A stretch of DNA of 64,000 bases from a virus: positions 1-64,000 of the IMG/VR virus record IMGVR_UViG_3300006841_000093; one strand, given 5' to 3'. Both the position numbers and the translations under genes were made by a program. Shown one piece after another: positions 1 through 10,106 of this stretch; positions within the stretch are counted from its first letter, which is position 1; every line of letters starts with the position of its first letter. The notes under the pieces were generated by a model, which worked only from the letters and a program-made list of their open reading frames with translations, was not told the origin of the DNA and ran no database searches.

Positions 1-342
1 AGTGGTTCTGTCACCAAATCTGTGATAGTGAATCTCAGAACACCGGCACAAGAAGCAGAAGAACCAGAACATATTATTTTAGAAGATAGTACATCTTTTA
101 CAACAAATTTTCTATTATTAGACGCTGATGCAGGATCACCAACCGCAACGGGTAATATGAAATTCATAACAGAAACTAGTTCGACAGGAACAGGCGCAGC
201 AGGGATAAAAACTAGACTTACAGTTACTCCGGGTCCCGGCGATGTTACTGCTAATGATGATTTTGGTTACACAGAATCTTTTGAATATTTTGATGATAAC
301 ATTGATACTAATTTAGGCACCGGATTGGATGTAACTCTGTAA
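1..342 (+). CDS. gp15: Tail sheath stabilizer/terminator gp15, C-terminal part (5'-truncated by window)
   Basis: Frame open from base 1; C-terminal 'TANDDFGYTESFEYF' is typical of marine T4-like gp15; lies upstream of gp16/gp17. Confidence 0.65.
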   Translation, partial: SGSVTKSVIVNLRTPAQEAEEPEHIILEDSTSFTTNFLLLDADAGSPTATGNMKFITETSSTGTGAAGIKTRLTVTPGPGDVTANDDFGYTESFEYFDDNIDTNLGTGLDVTL

Positions 343-343
343 C

Positions 344-754
344 ATGTGGTTTCGGGGTTTTCTAATTGGTTGTTTCATTTGCGTTGGAACAGTATGTGTT
401 GCGCAAAGCCCAAGTGAAATACAACCAGAACATCAAGAAATAATACACAATAGATATCAACCCCATAAGTTAAACAAAGAAACTTATAAAACTGAAGATG
501 TTTTATTATTGTTTAAATCTTGTTATGAAACATTATATTTTCTAGGTAATACAAAATACAAAAGAAGTAAAAAAGAATTAAAAGAAGAAGAAGTATCTAG
601 ACAATGTTTTTGTATATGTGATAAAATTAGATCTATATATAAACCCGAAGAGTTTTTAGATAGACCTCCAATAGACATACATAATATTATTAAACCATTA
701 ACTACTGAATGTATGACAGAAAAGGGTCAAATTTGGCATGATGAGGAAAAATGA
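344..754 (+). CDS. Hypothetical protein with signal-peptide-like N-terminus and Cys pairs
   Basis: 136-aa ORF, hydrophobic N-terminus, CxCxC motif; overlaps the gp16 start. Confidence 0.6.
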   Translation: MWFRGFLIGCFICVGTVCVAQSPSEIQPEHQEIIHNRYQPHKLNKETYKTEDVLLLFKSCYETLYFLGNTKYKRSKKELKEEEVSRQCFCICDKIRSIYKPEEFLDRPPIDIHNIIKPLTTECMTEKGQIWHDEEK

Positions 755-1161
755 CACAAGATACACGTATAGACGAAATTTTAGAAATCACAAGTTTAGT
801 TCCCACTACTGAACTTAAACCTGAACCGCCTGCCAGAATCATACCTAAATCTGGTAAGGATGATGACATTGATTATAATTATGCCCGTGAGAATTACTAC
901 AATTTAATTGAACGAAATCAAGATGCAATAGAGGAGATGTTGGAGATTGCTAAACAATCTGAACATCCACGTGCTTTTGAAGTAGTTGGTCAATTAATCA
1001 AATCCGGCTTGGATGCCAATAAAGAGTTAATGGGTCTACATAAAACCAAAAAAGAACTAAGTATAGAAAAGGGTGGACACACTACTACTGTCAATAACGC
1101 AGTATTTGTGGGATCTACAGCTGAATTACAAAAGTTACTGAAGGGGAAACGTGGCGAGTGA
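751..1161 (+). CDS. gp16: Terminase small subunit
   Basis: 'DYNYARENYYNLIE...SEHPRAFEVVGQLIK...NNAVFVGSTAELQKLLK' matches the gp16 pattern; directly before gp17. Confidence 0.9.
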   Translation: MTQDTRIDEILEITSLVPTTELKPEPPARIIPKSGKDDDIDYNYARENYYNLIERNQDAIEEMLEIAKQSEHPRAFEVVGQLIKSGLDANKELMGLHKTKKELSIEKGGHTTTVNNAVFVGSTAELQKLLKGKRGE

Positions 1162-2782
1162 AACATATCTCGGCAATCCAAATTTAAAAAACGTAGGACA
1201 AAATGTAGAGTGGACAGAAGAAACACTTCAAGAATATGTGAAGTGTAAAGATGATCCTCTTCACTTTGTAGAGAACTATGTTAAAATTATTCATGTAGAT
1301 CAAGGACTCGTACCATTTGAAATGTACCCCTATCAAAGAGAAATGATTCATAAGTTCAATGATAATCGTTTTGTAATATGTAAAATGCCACGACAAACAG
1401 GAAAGTCAACCACAATAATAGCTTTTCTTCTTCATTATTTACTATTCAACGAAAGTGTCAATATCGCAATGTTGGCAAACAAAGGAGCAACCGCAAGAGA
1501 ACTTCTTTCAAGACTACAACTTGCCTATGAACATTTACCCAAATGGTTACAACAAGGAGTGGTGATATGGAATAAAGGTAATATTGAAGTAGAGAATGGT
1601 AGTAAAGTGGTAGCAGCGGCTACTTCTTCTAGTGCAGTTCGTGGTAGTTCTTTTAATATTATTTTTCTAGATGAGTTTGCTCACGTTCCCCAAAACATAG
1701 CAGAATCATTTTTCACTTCTGTATATCCTACAATTTCTTCTGGTGAATCTACAAAAGTCTTAATCGTTTCAACTCCACTTGGATTGAATATGTTCTATAA
1801 GATGTGGATAGAAGCTGAAGAAGGAAGAAGTGATTATGTTCCCATTGAAGTTCATTGGTCGGAGATGCCTGGCAGAGATGGTAAATGGAAAGAAGAAACG
1901 ATACGTAATACCTCTGAAGTACAATTTACTCAAGAGTTTGAATGTGAATTTGTGGGATCAACTTACACATTAATTGCTCCATCGAAACTTAGAACAATGG
2001 TCTTTAAGAGTCCCGTTCACTCTGCTAATAACTTAGATGTATATGAACAACCAAAGAAAAATCGTACATACGCATTAGTGGCTGATACGGCACAAGGAAA
2101 AGGTGTGGACTATTCTGCTTTTTCAGTATTTGATGTTTCTGAAATGCCGTACAAACAAGTTGCAGTTTATAGAGACAATCAAATTTCACCTATGTTATAT
2201 CCAAATGTAATTTATAATGTGGGAAATAAGTATAATAATGCTCATGTTCTAGTTGAAGTAAATGATATTGGATCTCAAGTTGCTGATACTTTACACTACG
2301 ATTTAGAGTATGAGAATATCATGATCATTACTATGAGAGGTAGAGCAGGTCAACAGATCGGTGGAGGATTTGCGAAGAACATTCAATTAGGATTAAGAAC
2401 AAGTAAACAGATCAAGAGAATTGGATGTGCGGCATTAAAAGATCTAATAGAACAGGATCAATTAATTGTTCCAGACTTTAATACAATTAAAGAACTTACA
2501 ACCTTTGCTCTACAGAATAACACATATCAGGCAGAGGAAGGATCTCACGATGATATTGCAATGACCTTAGTGATATTTGGGTGGTTAGTACAACAAAGAT
2601 ATTTTAAAGAAATGACAAATATGGATATACGAAAGAAAATGTGGGAAGAACAAATGGAAACTTTAGAACAAGATATGTTGCCATTTGGTATTATAGATGA
2701 TGGACAAGAACCAGAATCCTTTAAAGATGATAAAGGTACAGTATGGACAGTTGATGATGAAAGTCAAAGAGTTTATTATTAA
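1151..2782 (+). CDS. gp17: Terminase large subunit
   Basis: 'YLGNPNLK', Walker A 'MPRQTGKST', Walker B 'IIFLDEFAHV', RNase H-like 'HDDIAM'. Confidence 0.97.
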   Translation: MASETYLGNPNLKNVGQNVEWTEETLQEYVKCKDDPLHFVENYVKIIHVDQGLVPFEMYPYQREMIHKFNDNRFVICKMPRQTGKSTTIIAFLLHYLLFNESVNIAMLANKGATARELLSRLQLAYEHLPKWLQQGVVIWNKGNIEVENGSKVVAAATSSSAVRGSSFNIIFLDEFAHVPQNIAESFFTSVYPTISSGESTKVLIVSTPLGLNMFYKMWIEAEEGRSDYVPIEVHWSEMPGRDGKWKEETIRNTSEVQFTQEFECEFVGSTYTLIAPSKLRTMVFKSPVHSANNLDVYEQPKKNRTYALVADTAQGKGVDYSAFSVFDVSEMPYKQVAVYRDNQISPMLYPNVIYNVGNKYNNAHVLVEVNDIGSQVADTLHYDLEYENIMIITMRGRAGQQIGGGFAKNIQLGLRTSKQIKRIGCAALKDLIEQDQLIVPDFNTIKELTTFALQNNTYQAEEGSHDDIAMTLVIFGWLVQQRYFKEMTNMDIRKKMWEEQMETLEQDMLPFGIIDDGQEPESFKDDKGTVWTVDDESQRVYY

Positions 2783-3384
2783 TGTTTACACAAAGAACAA
2801 CAAGTGAATTATTCCCTGTTCCACTATGGGGATTTGATTTAGATAATTCTAAAGAAGTTAATACTAGTATAGAGAATCGGGTTTATCAAAAATCCAAAAA
2901 TGAAAAAACTAGACATGCTTCTAATGAAGGGGGATGGCATTCTCAAGGGAATATGTTTGATGATCCGGTGATGAAATCCCTTTTAAGATTTATTGAATGG
3001 GCGGTTGGTGAACTAAGTACTGAAGCTGGAATGAAATATAGCACTTATAAGATATTTCTTTGGACTAATTTAAATAGGCCAGGAGATTATAATTCTATGC
3101 ATTCACACCCTGATAGTCAGTTGAGTGGTGTTTATTATGTTAAAATTCCTTCTGGTGATTGTGGTACATTGAGACTCTATAATCCAATGTATCATTACAA
3201 TTATCCCAATTCTCAAGGTTATAATATACCATTTACTACTCCAACAGCTGATGTAATCAATAAAGAAGGAAGTTTGTATATTTTTAGATCACCGATTATG
3301 CATGATGTTACTAGGAATAATACTCAAGAAGATAGGATTAGTGTATCATTTAATATAGTATTTGATTCTAATCTTTATAAGTGA
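2782..3384 (+). CDS. Putative 2OG-Fe(II) oxygenase (TIGR02466-like)
   Basis: 'W.NLNRPGDYNSMHSHP...LSGVYYVK...HDV...RISVSFN' gives the HxH...H...RxS motif. Confidence 0.85.
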   Translation: MFTQRTTSELFPVPLWGFDLDNSKEVNTSIENRVYQKSKNEKTRHASNEGGWHSQGNMFDDPVMKSLLRFIEWAVGELSTEAGMKYSTYKIFLWTNLNRPGDYNSMHSHPDSQLSGVYYVKIPSGDCGTLRLYNPMYHYNYPNSQGYNIPFTTPTADVINKEGSLYIFRSPIMHDVTRNNTQEDRISVSFNIVFDSNLYK

Positions 3385-3829
3385 ATGGATCAAACTCAGA
3401 AAAATTTACTTCAGTAGGTGGATTATAAATTTCGTTTATTAACTCTTCAATTTTATCAACTAAATCAGGTCTTTCTTTCTTTAATCTTACTAAGAAATTA
3501 ATTGAACCTGTTTCTAATTGAGCTGGATTAACAGAAATTCTTTTACCTAATCTTCTTTTGTCTGATAATTCAAGGTGTTCGGGATTTACACAAGAAGGAT
3601 TAAAACAAGTTTGTGTTATTACTTCATGGTCTGCTACTTCACCTTTATACATCATGAAGGAATATCTACTAGCAGGTATCGTTTTCCCCATAACAGAAAA
3701 CATACCATGACCTGTTTTATTTTTTGAAGCAAGCCAGATGTGACACTTAGTATGTGTTTCTGATAGATCAACCTTTTTAAGAAATCGGTCTTTTATTTTT
3801 TTGGTATTAAATAATGTGAGCTTATCCAT
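3368..3829 (-). CDS. Free-standing HNH (HNH_3-like) endonuclease homolog, catalytic residues apparently degenerate
   Basis: 'CHIW...GHG.F...CFNPSCVNPEHL'; antisense between gp17 and gp18. Confidence 0.7.
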   Translation of the reverse strand: MDKLTLFNTKKIKDRFLKKVDLSETHTKCHIWLASKNKTGHGMFSVMGKTIPASRYSFMMYKGEVADHEVITQTCFNPSCVNPEHLELSDKRRLGKRISVNPAQLETGSINFLVRLKKERPDLVDKIEELINEIYNPPTEVNFSEFDPFTYKD

Positions 3830-3961
3830 CTAAATCCTTGAATTATTTATGAGAACTCTTAATATTTATGGTTTTAGAGAACTACAAAATAATAAATAAC
3901 AGTACAATGGTAAAAATACCCTTAAGAAACCAATCTTTCAATTTAATATAGGAGAGATAAG

Positions 3962-6154
3962 ATGCCTTTTACAATTAGTCCGGGCGTTGTAACCAAAGAA
4001 ATAGATTTAACGACTGTCGTTCCTGAAATTTCTATGACAGAGGGAGCAATCGCCGGTCCTTTTAGGTGGGGACCTTCATATTGGGCAACAACAGTATCAA
4101 ATGAATCAGAATTGTCGGGTACGTTTGGTAAACCAGACGCTGCTACGTATAAAACATTTTTTACTGCAGCAAGTTATCTCGCATATTCGGGAAATCTTAA
4201 AGTAGTCCGTACACCTAATACCTCAGATGCAAAAAATGCTACAATGGATGCAGCAAATACTGTTTACATTGCAAATGACGAAGCTTATGAAAATACTTAT
4301 GATCCAGATATGGGTGGAACACAGTCTGATGACTTTGGTCCGTTTGTAGCAAAATATGTTGGTGATCTTGGAAATAGTTTAAGAGTTTCCATGTGTGCCG
4401 CAACTAAAGCAAACACAAATAGTGATGGAACACTTAATAGTAATACAGATACCGCTCTAACAGGAACAGCCGCATGGACAGAATCAAGTGGTGCACTTGC
4501 CGGTTCAGGTACAGCATTTACTACAGAGTTAAGTGTGGGAGATACTATTACACTAGGTACTAAAGTATTAGTAATAGCAACAATTACAAATGCAACAACA
4601 GTAGTTGCACGTAGTGCTCACGGATCGGATCTTGGTTCAGGATCAATGGTTCGACATAAGAGATCAGGATTCCAAGAACCTGTTGGTCAAATGGTTGGAA
4701 CTTGTGCAGCAAGTGCAAATGGTGTTACTGTTACAGGAACAAGTACATTTTTTGATCTTCAAGTAACTGTAGGTGATTTAATTAAACTTGTAGGTACTGA
4801 AGAAGAACGAAAAGTTTCTTCAATTACAAGTAATACAGTATTAACAGTTTCAGAACCTTTTGTTTCAGCCGCTTCGGCTAACACTTGGTCACGAAGATGG
4901 GAATATGCAGATTCATTTGATGGTGAACCAGTTACTTCAGCACATTGTGCAAGAAATAGTGGAGCTCAAGATGAAATTCATGTTGTCGTTGTAGACGAAG
5001 ATGGAGAATTTGCGGGAGCAAATAATACTGTACTAGAAACTTATTCTGGATCAGTTGCCGGTGGAGCTAAAGGTGAAGATGGTCAAAGTATTTACTACAA
5101 AGACCTTGTTAATAGAGGATCAAAGTATATTCGATGGATGGATCATCATGCAGATGGTGATGTAGATGCCGCTCTTTCAACAACCGCATGGGGTGGAGCA
5201 GCAAGTGGAACATTCAATGGTAAAGGAATTATCGTATCTGGAAGTATGACAGGTGGTGCCGCAGGTTCAGCCTCGACAGCCGGTAATATTCAAACAGGTT
5301 TAGATAAATTCAAAAATACTGAAGAAATTGATGTAACACTTCTAATGACTGCTGATGCAGACGCTGCTACTCAGATACACGCAATTAATAACATTGCAGA
5401 ATATCGTAAAGATTGTGTAGCTTTTATTTCACCACTTCAAGCACATGTTGTAAATAACGCAGGAAGTGAAACTACAGATGTAGTGGGTCATAGAAATTCT
5501 ATGCCCAGTTCTTCTTATGCTGTTTTGGATTCTGGGTGGAAGTATATGTACGATAAGTACAATGATGTCTATCGATATATTCCATTAAATGGTGATATCG
5601 CAGGATGTTGTGCATTTACTGATGAATCAAGAGATCCTTTCTGGTCACCGGCTGGATTAGATCGTGGTAATATCAGAAATTGCATTAAACTTCCTTATAA
5701 TCCAAATAAAACACAAAGGGATGAACTTTATAAGAATGGAGTTAATCCTGTTACAGCAATGCCAGGAAGTGGAATACTTCTTTTTGGAGATAAAACTCTA
5801 TTAGCAAAACCTTCTGCGTTTGATCGTATCAACGTAAGACGATTGTTTATTCTTTTAGAAAAATCAATTGCTAGTATGGCCAAATCTTTCTTGTTTGAAT
5901 TCAACGATGCATTCTCACGAAGTAGATTCGTGGCAACAGTTGAGCCATTCTTGAGAGATGTTCAAGGTAGAGGTGGAATTCAAGACTTTGCAGTTATCTG
6001 TGATGACAGTAATAATACTGGAGATGTGGTAGATCGAAACGAATTTCGTGGAGATATTTACGTGAAACCATCACGTTCCATTAACTTCATACAATTACAA
6101 TTTGTTGCAGTTAGAACCGGAGTTGAATTCGAAGAAATTATCGGTGCAAGATAA
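3962..6154 (+). CDS. gp18: Tail sheath protein
   Basis: 'SPGVVTKEIDLT', 'WSPAGLDRG', 'SAFDRINVRRLF', 'KPSRSINFIQLQFVA'. Confidence 0.97.
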   Translation: MPFTISPGVVTKEIDLTTVVPEISMTEGAIAGPFRWGPSYWATTVSNESELSGTFGKPDAATYKTFFTAASYLAYSGNLKVVRTPNTSDAKNATMDAANTVYIANDEAYENTYDPDMGGTQSDDFGPFVAKYVGDLGNSLRVSMCAATKANTNSDGTLNSNTDTALTGTAAWTESSGALAGSGTAFTTELSVGDTITLGTKVLVIATITNATTVVARSAHGSDLGSGSMVRHKRSGFQEPVGQMVGTCAASANGVTVTGTSTFFDLQVTVGDLIKLVGTEEERKVSSITSNTVLTVSEPFVSAASANTWSRRWEYADSFDGEPVTSAHCARNSGAQDEIHVVVVDEDGEFAGANNTVLETYSGSVAGGAKGEDGQSIYYKDLVNRGSKYIRWMDHHADGDVDAALSTTAWGGAASGTFNGKGIIVSGSMTGGAAGSASTAGNIQTGLDKFKNTEEIDVTLLMTADADAATQIHAINNIAEYRKDCVAFISPLQAHVVNNAGSETTDVVGHRNSMPSSSYAVLDSGWKYMYDKYNDVYRYIPLNGDIAGCCAFTDESRDPFWSPAGLDRGNIRNCIKLPYNPNKTQRDELYKNGVNPVTAMPGSGILLFGDKTLLAKPSAFDRINVRRLFILLEKSIASMAKSFLFEFNDAFSRSRFVATVEPFLRDVQGRGGIQDFAVICDDSNNTGDVVDRNEFRGDIYVKPSRSINFIQLQFVAVRTGVEFEEIIGAR

Positions 6155-6169
6155 TCGATAATAAAGTCA

Positions 6170-6177
6170 TATAAATA
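6170..6177 (+). promoter_or_regulatory. T4-type late promoter (TATAAATA) for gp19
   Basis: Exact TATAAATA in the gp18-gp19 intergenic region. Confidence 0.8.
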
Positions 6178-6275
6178 ATAATATACAGATGGGGGAAGAC
6201 GATGATTCCTGAAGAGGGTACTTATAAAAAAGACTTCCCCATCATCTCAATCTAATCATCGGATATGGAGAAAAC

Positions 6276-6830
6276 ATGCCAGATTTTAGTATTGACACAT
6301 TTACCTCTAACCTAACTAAAGGTGGAGCATTAGCAAGTTTATTTGAATGTGAACTTAGTGGAAGTAAAGGAAATGTAGCTACTACAGGAATAGGCTCTTT
6401 TAAATTTTTATGTAAAGGAGTAAATTTCCCAGCTTCAACTATAGAAGCCGCTACTGTTACCTATATGGGAAGATCAATAAATATTCCCGGTAATAGAGCT
6501 GCCCAGCAATTAACAACTTCTATCTATAATGATGAAAATATGGAAATTAGAAATCATATAGAAAGTTGGATGGAGAGAATCAATTCTCACAAATCAAATG
6601 TGAGAGAAGCTGGTTTTGCCGCTATTAACAGTTATACTGGATCGATGAAAGTTAAACAAGTCGCCAAAGATGGTGGATCTTACACTAAATCTTATGAATT
6701 TATTGATGTATGGCCATCAACTACTGGAGAAATAACTTTATCGTGGGATACTAATGATATCCAAACCTATGATGTAACATGGGAGTATAGCTATTGGAAA
6801 TCAAGTCAAAGTGGCGCTGGATTTAATTAA
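6276..6830 (+). CDS. gp19: Tail tube protein
   Basis: Follows gp18; 'FLCKGVNFPASTI...YMGRSINIPGNR...VWPSTTGEITLSWD'. Confidence 0.92.
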   Translation: MPDFSIDTFTSNLTKGGALASLFECELSGSKGNVATTGIGSFKFLCKGVNFPASTIEAATVTYMGRSINIPGNRAAQQLTTSIYNDENMEIRNHIESWMERINSHKSNVREAGFAAINSYTGSMKVKQVAKDGGSYTKSYEFIDVWPSTTGEITLSWDTNDIQTYDVTWEYSYWKSSQSGAGFN

Positions 6831-6860
6831 TATATATTTAAGTATGAAAAAAACGTTTTA

Positions 6861-6887
6861 CATGGGAGTGGTAATCCGCTCCCATTT
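6861..6887 (+). terminator. Rho-independent terminator-like hairpin after gp19
   Basis: ATGGGAGTGG-TAAT-CCGCTCCCAT followed by TTT. Confidence 0.65.
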
Positions 6888-6906
6888 TACCTATTAGGAA
6901 AGATGT

Positions 6907-8469
6907 ATGGCAGTTGAATTATTCGGTTTTTCTATAGGAAGAGTTGACAAAGATCAAAAGAGTAAAAAATCTTTTGCACTTCCTGAACCAGAAGATGGTG
7001 CACTTGAGGTTGGTCCTTCAGGCGGAGCATACGGAACGTATGTAGATCTTGAGGGTTATGCCAAAAATGAATTAGAATTAATTAGAAAATATCGGGAAAT
7101 GGCAACATATCCTGAGTGTGACCAAGCAATTGATGATGTTATTAATGAGGCCATTGTTACGAATAGGGAAGAATCTCCTGTCAGTATCAGCCTAGAGAAA
7201 TCAAATTTATCAGATACAATTAAAGAAGCAATAAAAGACGAATTTGCGGAACTAATACGTTTGCTAGATTTTCGAAGAGTGGGGTACGAACTATTTCGTA
7301 AATGGTATGTTGATGGTAGATTATATTTTCATGTTATTATTGATGAGAAAAATCCCAAACGTGGTATATTAGAACTACGCCCAATAGATCCCCTAAAAAT
7401 TAAAAAAGTTCGTCAACCAAAAGTGGTTCAAGGACCCAATGGTGCAGAACTTGATACTTCTGGTTTTCAAGAATATTTTATGTTCAATGAAAGGGGAATT
7501 TCACAAACTGCAGGTGGTACTACAGTTCAAATTGCAGGAGATTCCATTTCATATTGTCATTCAGGTGTATTAGATCCAGATAGAAAATTAGTTTTAAGTA
7601 ATCTACACAAAGCAATCAAACCACTCAATCAGTTACGAATGATCGAAGATGCAGTTGTCATCTATCGTATTTCACGTGCTCCAGAACGTAGAATATTCTA
7701 CATTGATGTTGGTAACTTACCTAAGATCAAAGCAGAACAGTATCTACGTGACATTATGAACAAATACAAGAACAAACTTGTATATGATTCTAATTCTGGC
7801 GAAATCAAGGATGAACGTAAGCACATGAGTATGTTAGAGGATTACTGGCTTCCACGAAGAGAAGGTGGTAGAGGTACAGAAATTTCAACTTTGCCAGGAG
7901 GGGAGAATCTTGGTGAGTTAGCTGATGTTGAATACTTCAAAACAAAATTATACAAAGCACTTAATGTTCCCCCTTCTAGACTAGAACAAGATTCTGGTTT
8001 CATACTTGGTAGAGCAGAAGAAATCTCAAGAGATGAAGTAAAATTTACACGTTTTATCGAGAGATTACGAGCAAGATTTAATCATTTATTCAATGATCTC
8101 ATAGAGAAACAACTATTACTTAAAGGAATTGTTTCATCTCAAGATTGGAAACTAGTAAAAGATCAACTTATTTATGAATGGCAAACTGATTCACATTTCG
8201 CGGAATTACAAAATGCTCAAATGATGAGAGAACGTTTGGGAATGTTAGTAAATGATATGGGATATAGAGATGAAGTTGTTGGTAAATATTTCTCACAAGA
8301 GTATGTTAATAAACATGTTCTTAAGTTGACTCAAGAGGAAATAGATGATATGAAAGAACAAATTGCCAAAGAAAAAGAAGAAGCTGGTGGTGAAGGTGAA
8401 GCTGAAGATCAACAATGGGAATTTGATCCTGCAGCAAATAAGCCAGATTTAAAGATTATATCTGGATAA
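6907..8469 (+). CDS. gp20: Portal vertex protein
   Basis: 'YRISRAPERRIFYIDVGNLPKIKAEQYL', 'EDYWLPRREGGRGTEISTLPGG'. Confidence 0.98.
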   Translation: MAVELFGFSIGRVDKDQKSKKSFALPEPEDGALEVGPSGGAYGTYVDLEGYAKNELELIRKYREMATYPECDQAIDDVINEAIVTNREESPVSISLEKSNLSDTIKEAIKDEFAELIRLLDFRRVGYELFRKWYVDGRLYFHVIIDEKNPKRGILELRPIDPLKIKKVRQPKVVQGPNGAELDTSGFQEYFMFNERGISQTAGGTTVQIAGDSISYCHSGVLDPDRKLVLSNLHKAIKPLNQLRMIEDAVVIYRISRAPERRIFYIDVGNLPKIKAEQYLRDIMNKYKNKLVYDSNSGEIKDERKHMSMLEDYWLPRREGGRGTEISTLPGGENLGELADVEYFKTKLYKALNVPPSRLEQDSGFILGRAEEISRDEVKFTRFIERLRARFNHLFNDLIEKQLLLKGIVSSQDWKLVKDQLIYEWQTDSHFAELQNAQMMRERLGMLVNDMGYRDEVVGKYFSQEYVNKHVLKLTQEEIDDMKEQIAKEKEEAGGEGEAEDQQWEFDPAANKPDLKIISG

Positions 8470-8473
8470 AATT

Positions 8474-8490
8474 TATAAATAGTATAAATA
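8474..8490 (+). promoter_or_regulatory. Tandem T4-type late promoters (2x TATAAATA)
   Basis: TATAAATA at 8474-8481 and 8483-8490, upstream of the prohead core genes. Confidence 0.8.
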
Positions 8491-8514
8491 TAATAGAACA
8501 ATAGAGGAAATTTT

Positions 8515-8754
8515 ATGTCTAATGAAACTACAGTTGGTGATATTATAGGATTATCCGTTAAAGGTGATGCAGCAGGAGTAAAATCGGCAATAGGTGATGT
8601 ACTTCAGCAAAAAGTGATGGTATCGTTAGAAGGTAAAAAACAGGATATCGCAAAAACTTTTTTAAACAAAACGCAGACAGACTCGAAAGAGCCGGAAAGT
8701 GTACCAAGCGAGGAGAAAATAGAAGATGGCAGCAGAGACGCAAGTACTACGTGA
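8515..8754 (+). CDS. Small prohead core protein (gp67-like)
   Basis: Position between gp20 and gp21; short charged helical protein. Confidence 0.55.
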   Translation: MSNETTVGDIIGLSVKGDAAGVKSAIGDVLQQKVMVSLEGKKQDIAKTFLNKTQTDSKEPESVPSEEKIEDGSRDASTT

Positions 8755-9445
8755 TGACGAAAAAAAATACGTAGCAAAGTTTTTTTCAGATGCATCAGAA
8801 TCGGATGTTAAGAAGGTAGATTTATCGACACTTTCTTGGGCAAAACACACAATGACCTTATCAGGTGCAGCAAGCCCAAACTTTAAGATTGGTGAAGTAA
8901 TAACAACAGGCGGTGCAGAAACATTTCTTGTTACTGGTTTTACAGCCGGAGCATCTACAGTAGAAGTTGTAGGATGGGATAATACAAACAAAAAAGCAAC
9001 TTCAATCGATACAGGTATGTCTAATGGTGATGCAATTGTAGGTGGAGTATCTGGAGCCAATACTAGAACAGTAGCAAATAGTGGTAATTTTACAGGCTTA
9101 GAGTGGAATGTATTAGTTACTAAAATAATGTGGATTACGAATGGTTTACAAGTTGCTATTGAATGGGATGGATCAACCGCAGAAAAATATATTGCAGAAT
9201 TAAGTGGTAATGGTAGTTGGAATATGTCGGGTATGGAATGGCCAGGAATACCAATAAACGCAACTGGTGACACCTCTGAAGTTTTGGGAGACATACAATT
9301 TTCTACAACAGGACACGGATCTGGAGACTCTTATACAGTCATAATGGAATTAAAGAAACAAGCACCAGGCTTTGATATCCCAGCATACGAAGAAAATGGT
9401 TCGTTAGGATATAGAATAGACTACGCTAAAGGTAATTTCACATAA
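8726..9445 (+). CDS. Conserved head-region virion protein (gp68 position)
   Basis: 'SESDVKKVDLSTL...VTKIMW...GDIQFSTTG...YTVIMELKK' resembles a conserved marine T4-like head-cluster protein. Confidence 0.55.
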   Translation: MAAETQVLRDDEKKYVAKFFSDASESDVKKVDLSTLSWAKHTMTLSGAASPNFKIGEVITTGGAETFLVTGFTAGASTVEVVGWDNTNKKATSIDTGMSNGDAIVGGVSGANTRTVANSGNFTGLEWNVLVTKIMWITNGLQVAIEWDGSTAEKYIAELSGNGSWNMSGMEWPGIPINATGDTSEVLGDIQFSTTGHGSGDSYTVIMELKKQAPGFDIPAYEENGSLGYRIDYAKGNFT

Positions 9446-9458
9446 TAGGAGAAAATTA

Positions 9459-10106
9459 ATGAAACTTATATGCGAACAATTAGATAATGTAGAATTTATA
9501 TGTGAAGATACCAAAAAAGGAAAGAATTATTTTATCGAAGGTGTTTTTATGCAGGCCAATGTGAAAAATCGCAATGGTAGATTATACCCCAAAGCTATCC
9601 TACAAAAAGAGGCGCAAAGGTATGATCAAAATTACATAAAACAATCAAGAGCTTTTGGAGAATTAGGTCATCCAGAAGGACCTACAGTTAATTTAGAGAG
9701 AGTTTCCCATTTAATTCAGTCACTTGATGAGGATGGAGACAATTTCGTAGGTCGAGCAAAGATTATGGACACACCTTATGGTAAAATTGTAAAGAACCTT
9801 ATCGATGAGGGAGCCCGTTTGGGTGTCTCATCCAGAGGAATGGGTTCATTGAGACCCGTAGGACGCAATTGTAGTCATGTTCAAGATGATTTTTATCTTG
9901 CAACAGCTGCAGATATTGTTGCCGACCCTTCCGCTCCAGCGGCATTTGTCAATGGAATTATGGAAGGTAAAGAATGGATATGGGATAATGGTATTCTAGA
10001 TGAACGCCATGTTGCCCGAATCGAAAAACAAATAAAAATAACTAGTCAAAAGCAATTAGATGAAGTTCAGATAAAAGCATTTGATCAGTTTATGTCAAGT
10101 TTATAA
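9459..10106 (+). CDS. gp21: Prohead core protease
   Basis: 'IEGVFMQANVKNRNGRLYP', 'GELGHP', 'GVSSRGMGSL', 'DIVADPSAP'. Confidence 0.97.
   Translation: MKLICEQLDNVEFICEDTKKGKNYFIEGVFMQANVKNRNGRLYPKAILQKEAQRYDQNYIKQSRAFGELGHPEGPTVNLERVSHLIQSLDEDGDNFVGRAKIMDTPYGKIVKNLIDEGARLGVSSRGMGSLRPVGRNCSHVQDDFYLATAADIVADPSAPAAFVNGIMEGKEWIWDNGILDERHVARIEKQIKITSQKQLDEVQIKAFDQFMSSL

Noticed and set aside
6209-6275. CTGAAGA core suggesting a hammerhead ribozyme
   Set aside because: No properly placed stem II closing onto CGAAA, so the catalytic core cannot be assembled
8662-9294. 210-aa minus-strand ORF, and many other antisense or out-of-frame ORFs in the track (e.g. 990-1226, 10255-10482, 12316-12735, 38197-38625)
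   Set aside because: They lie fully within well-supported genes, lack motifs and RBSs, and are shadow ORFs
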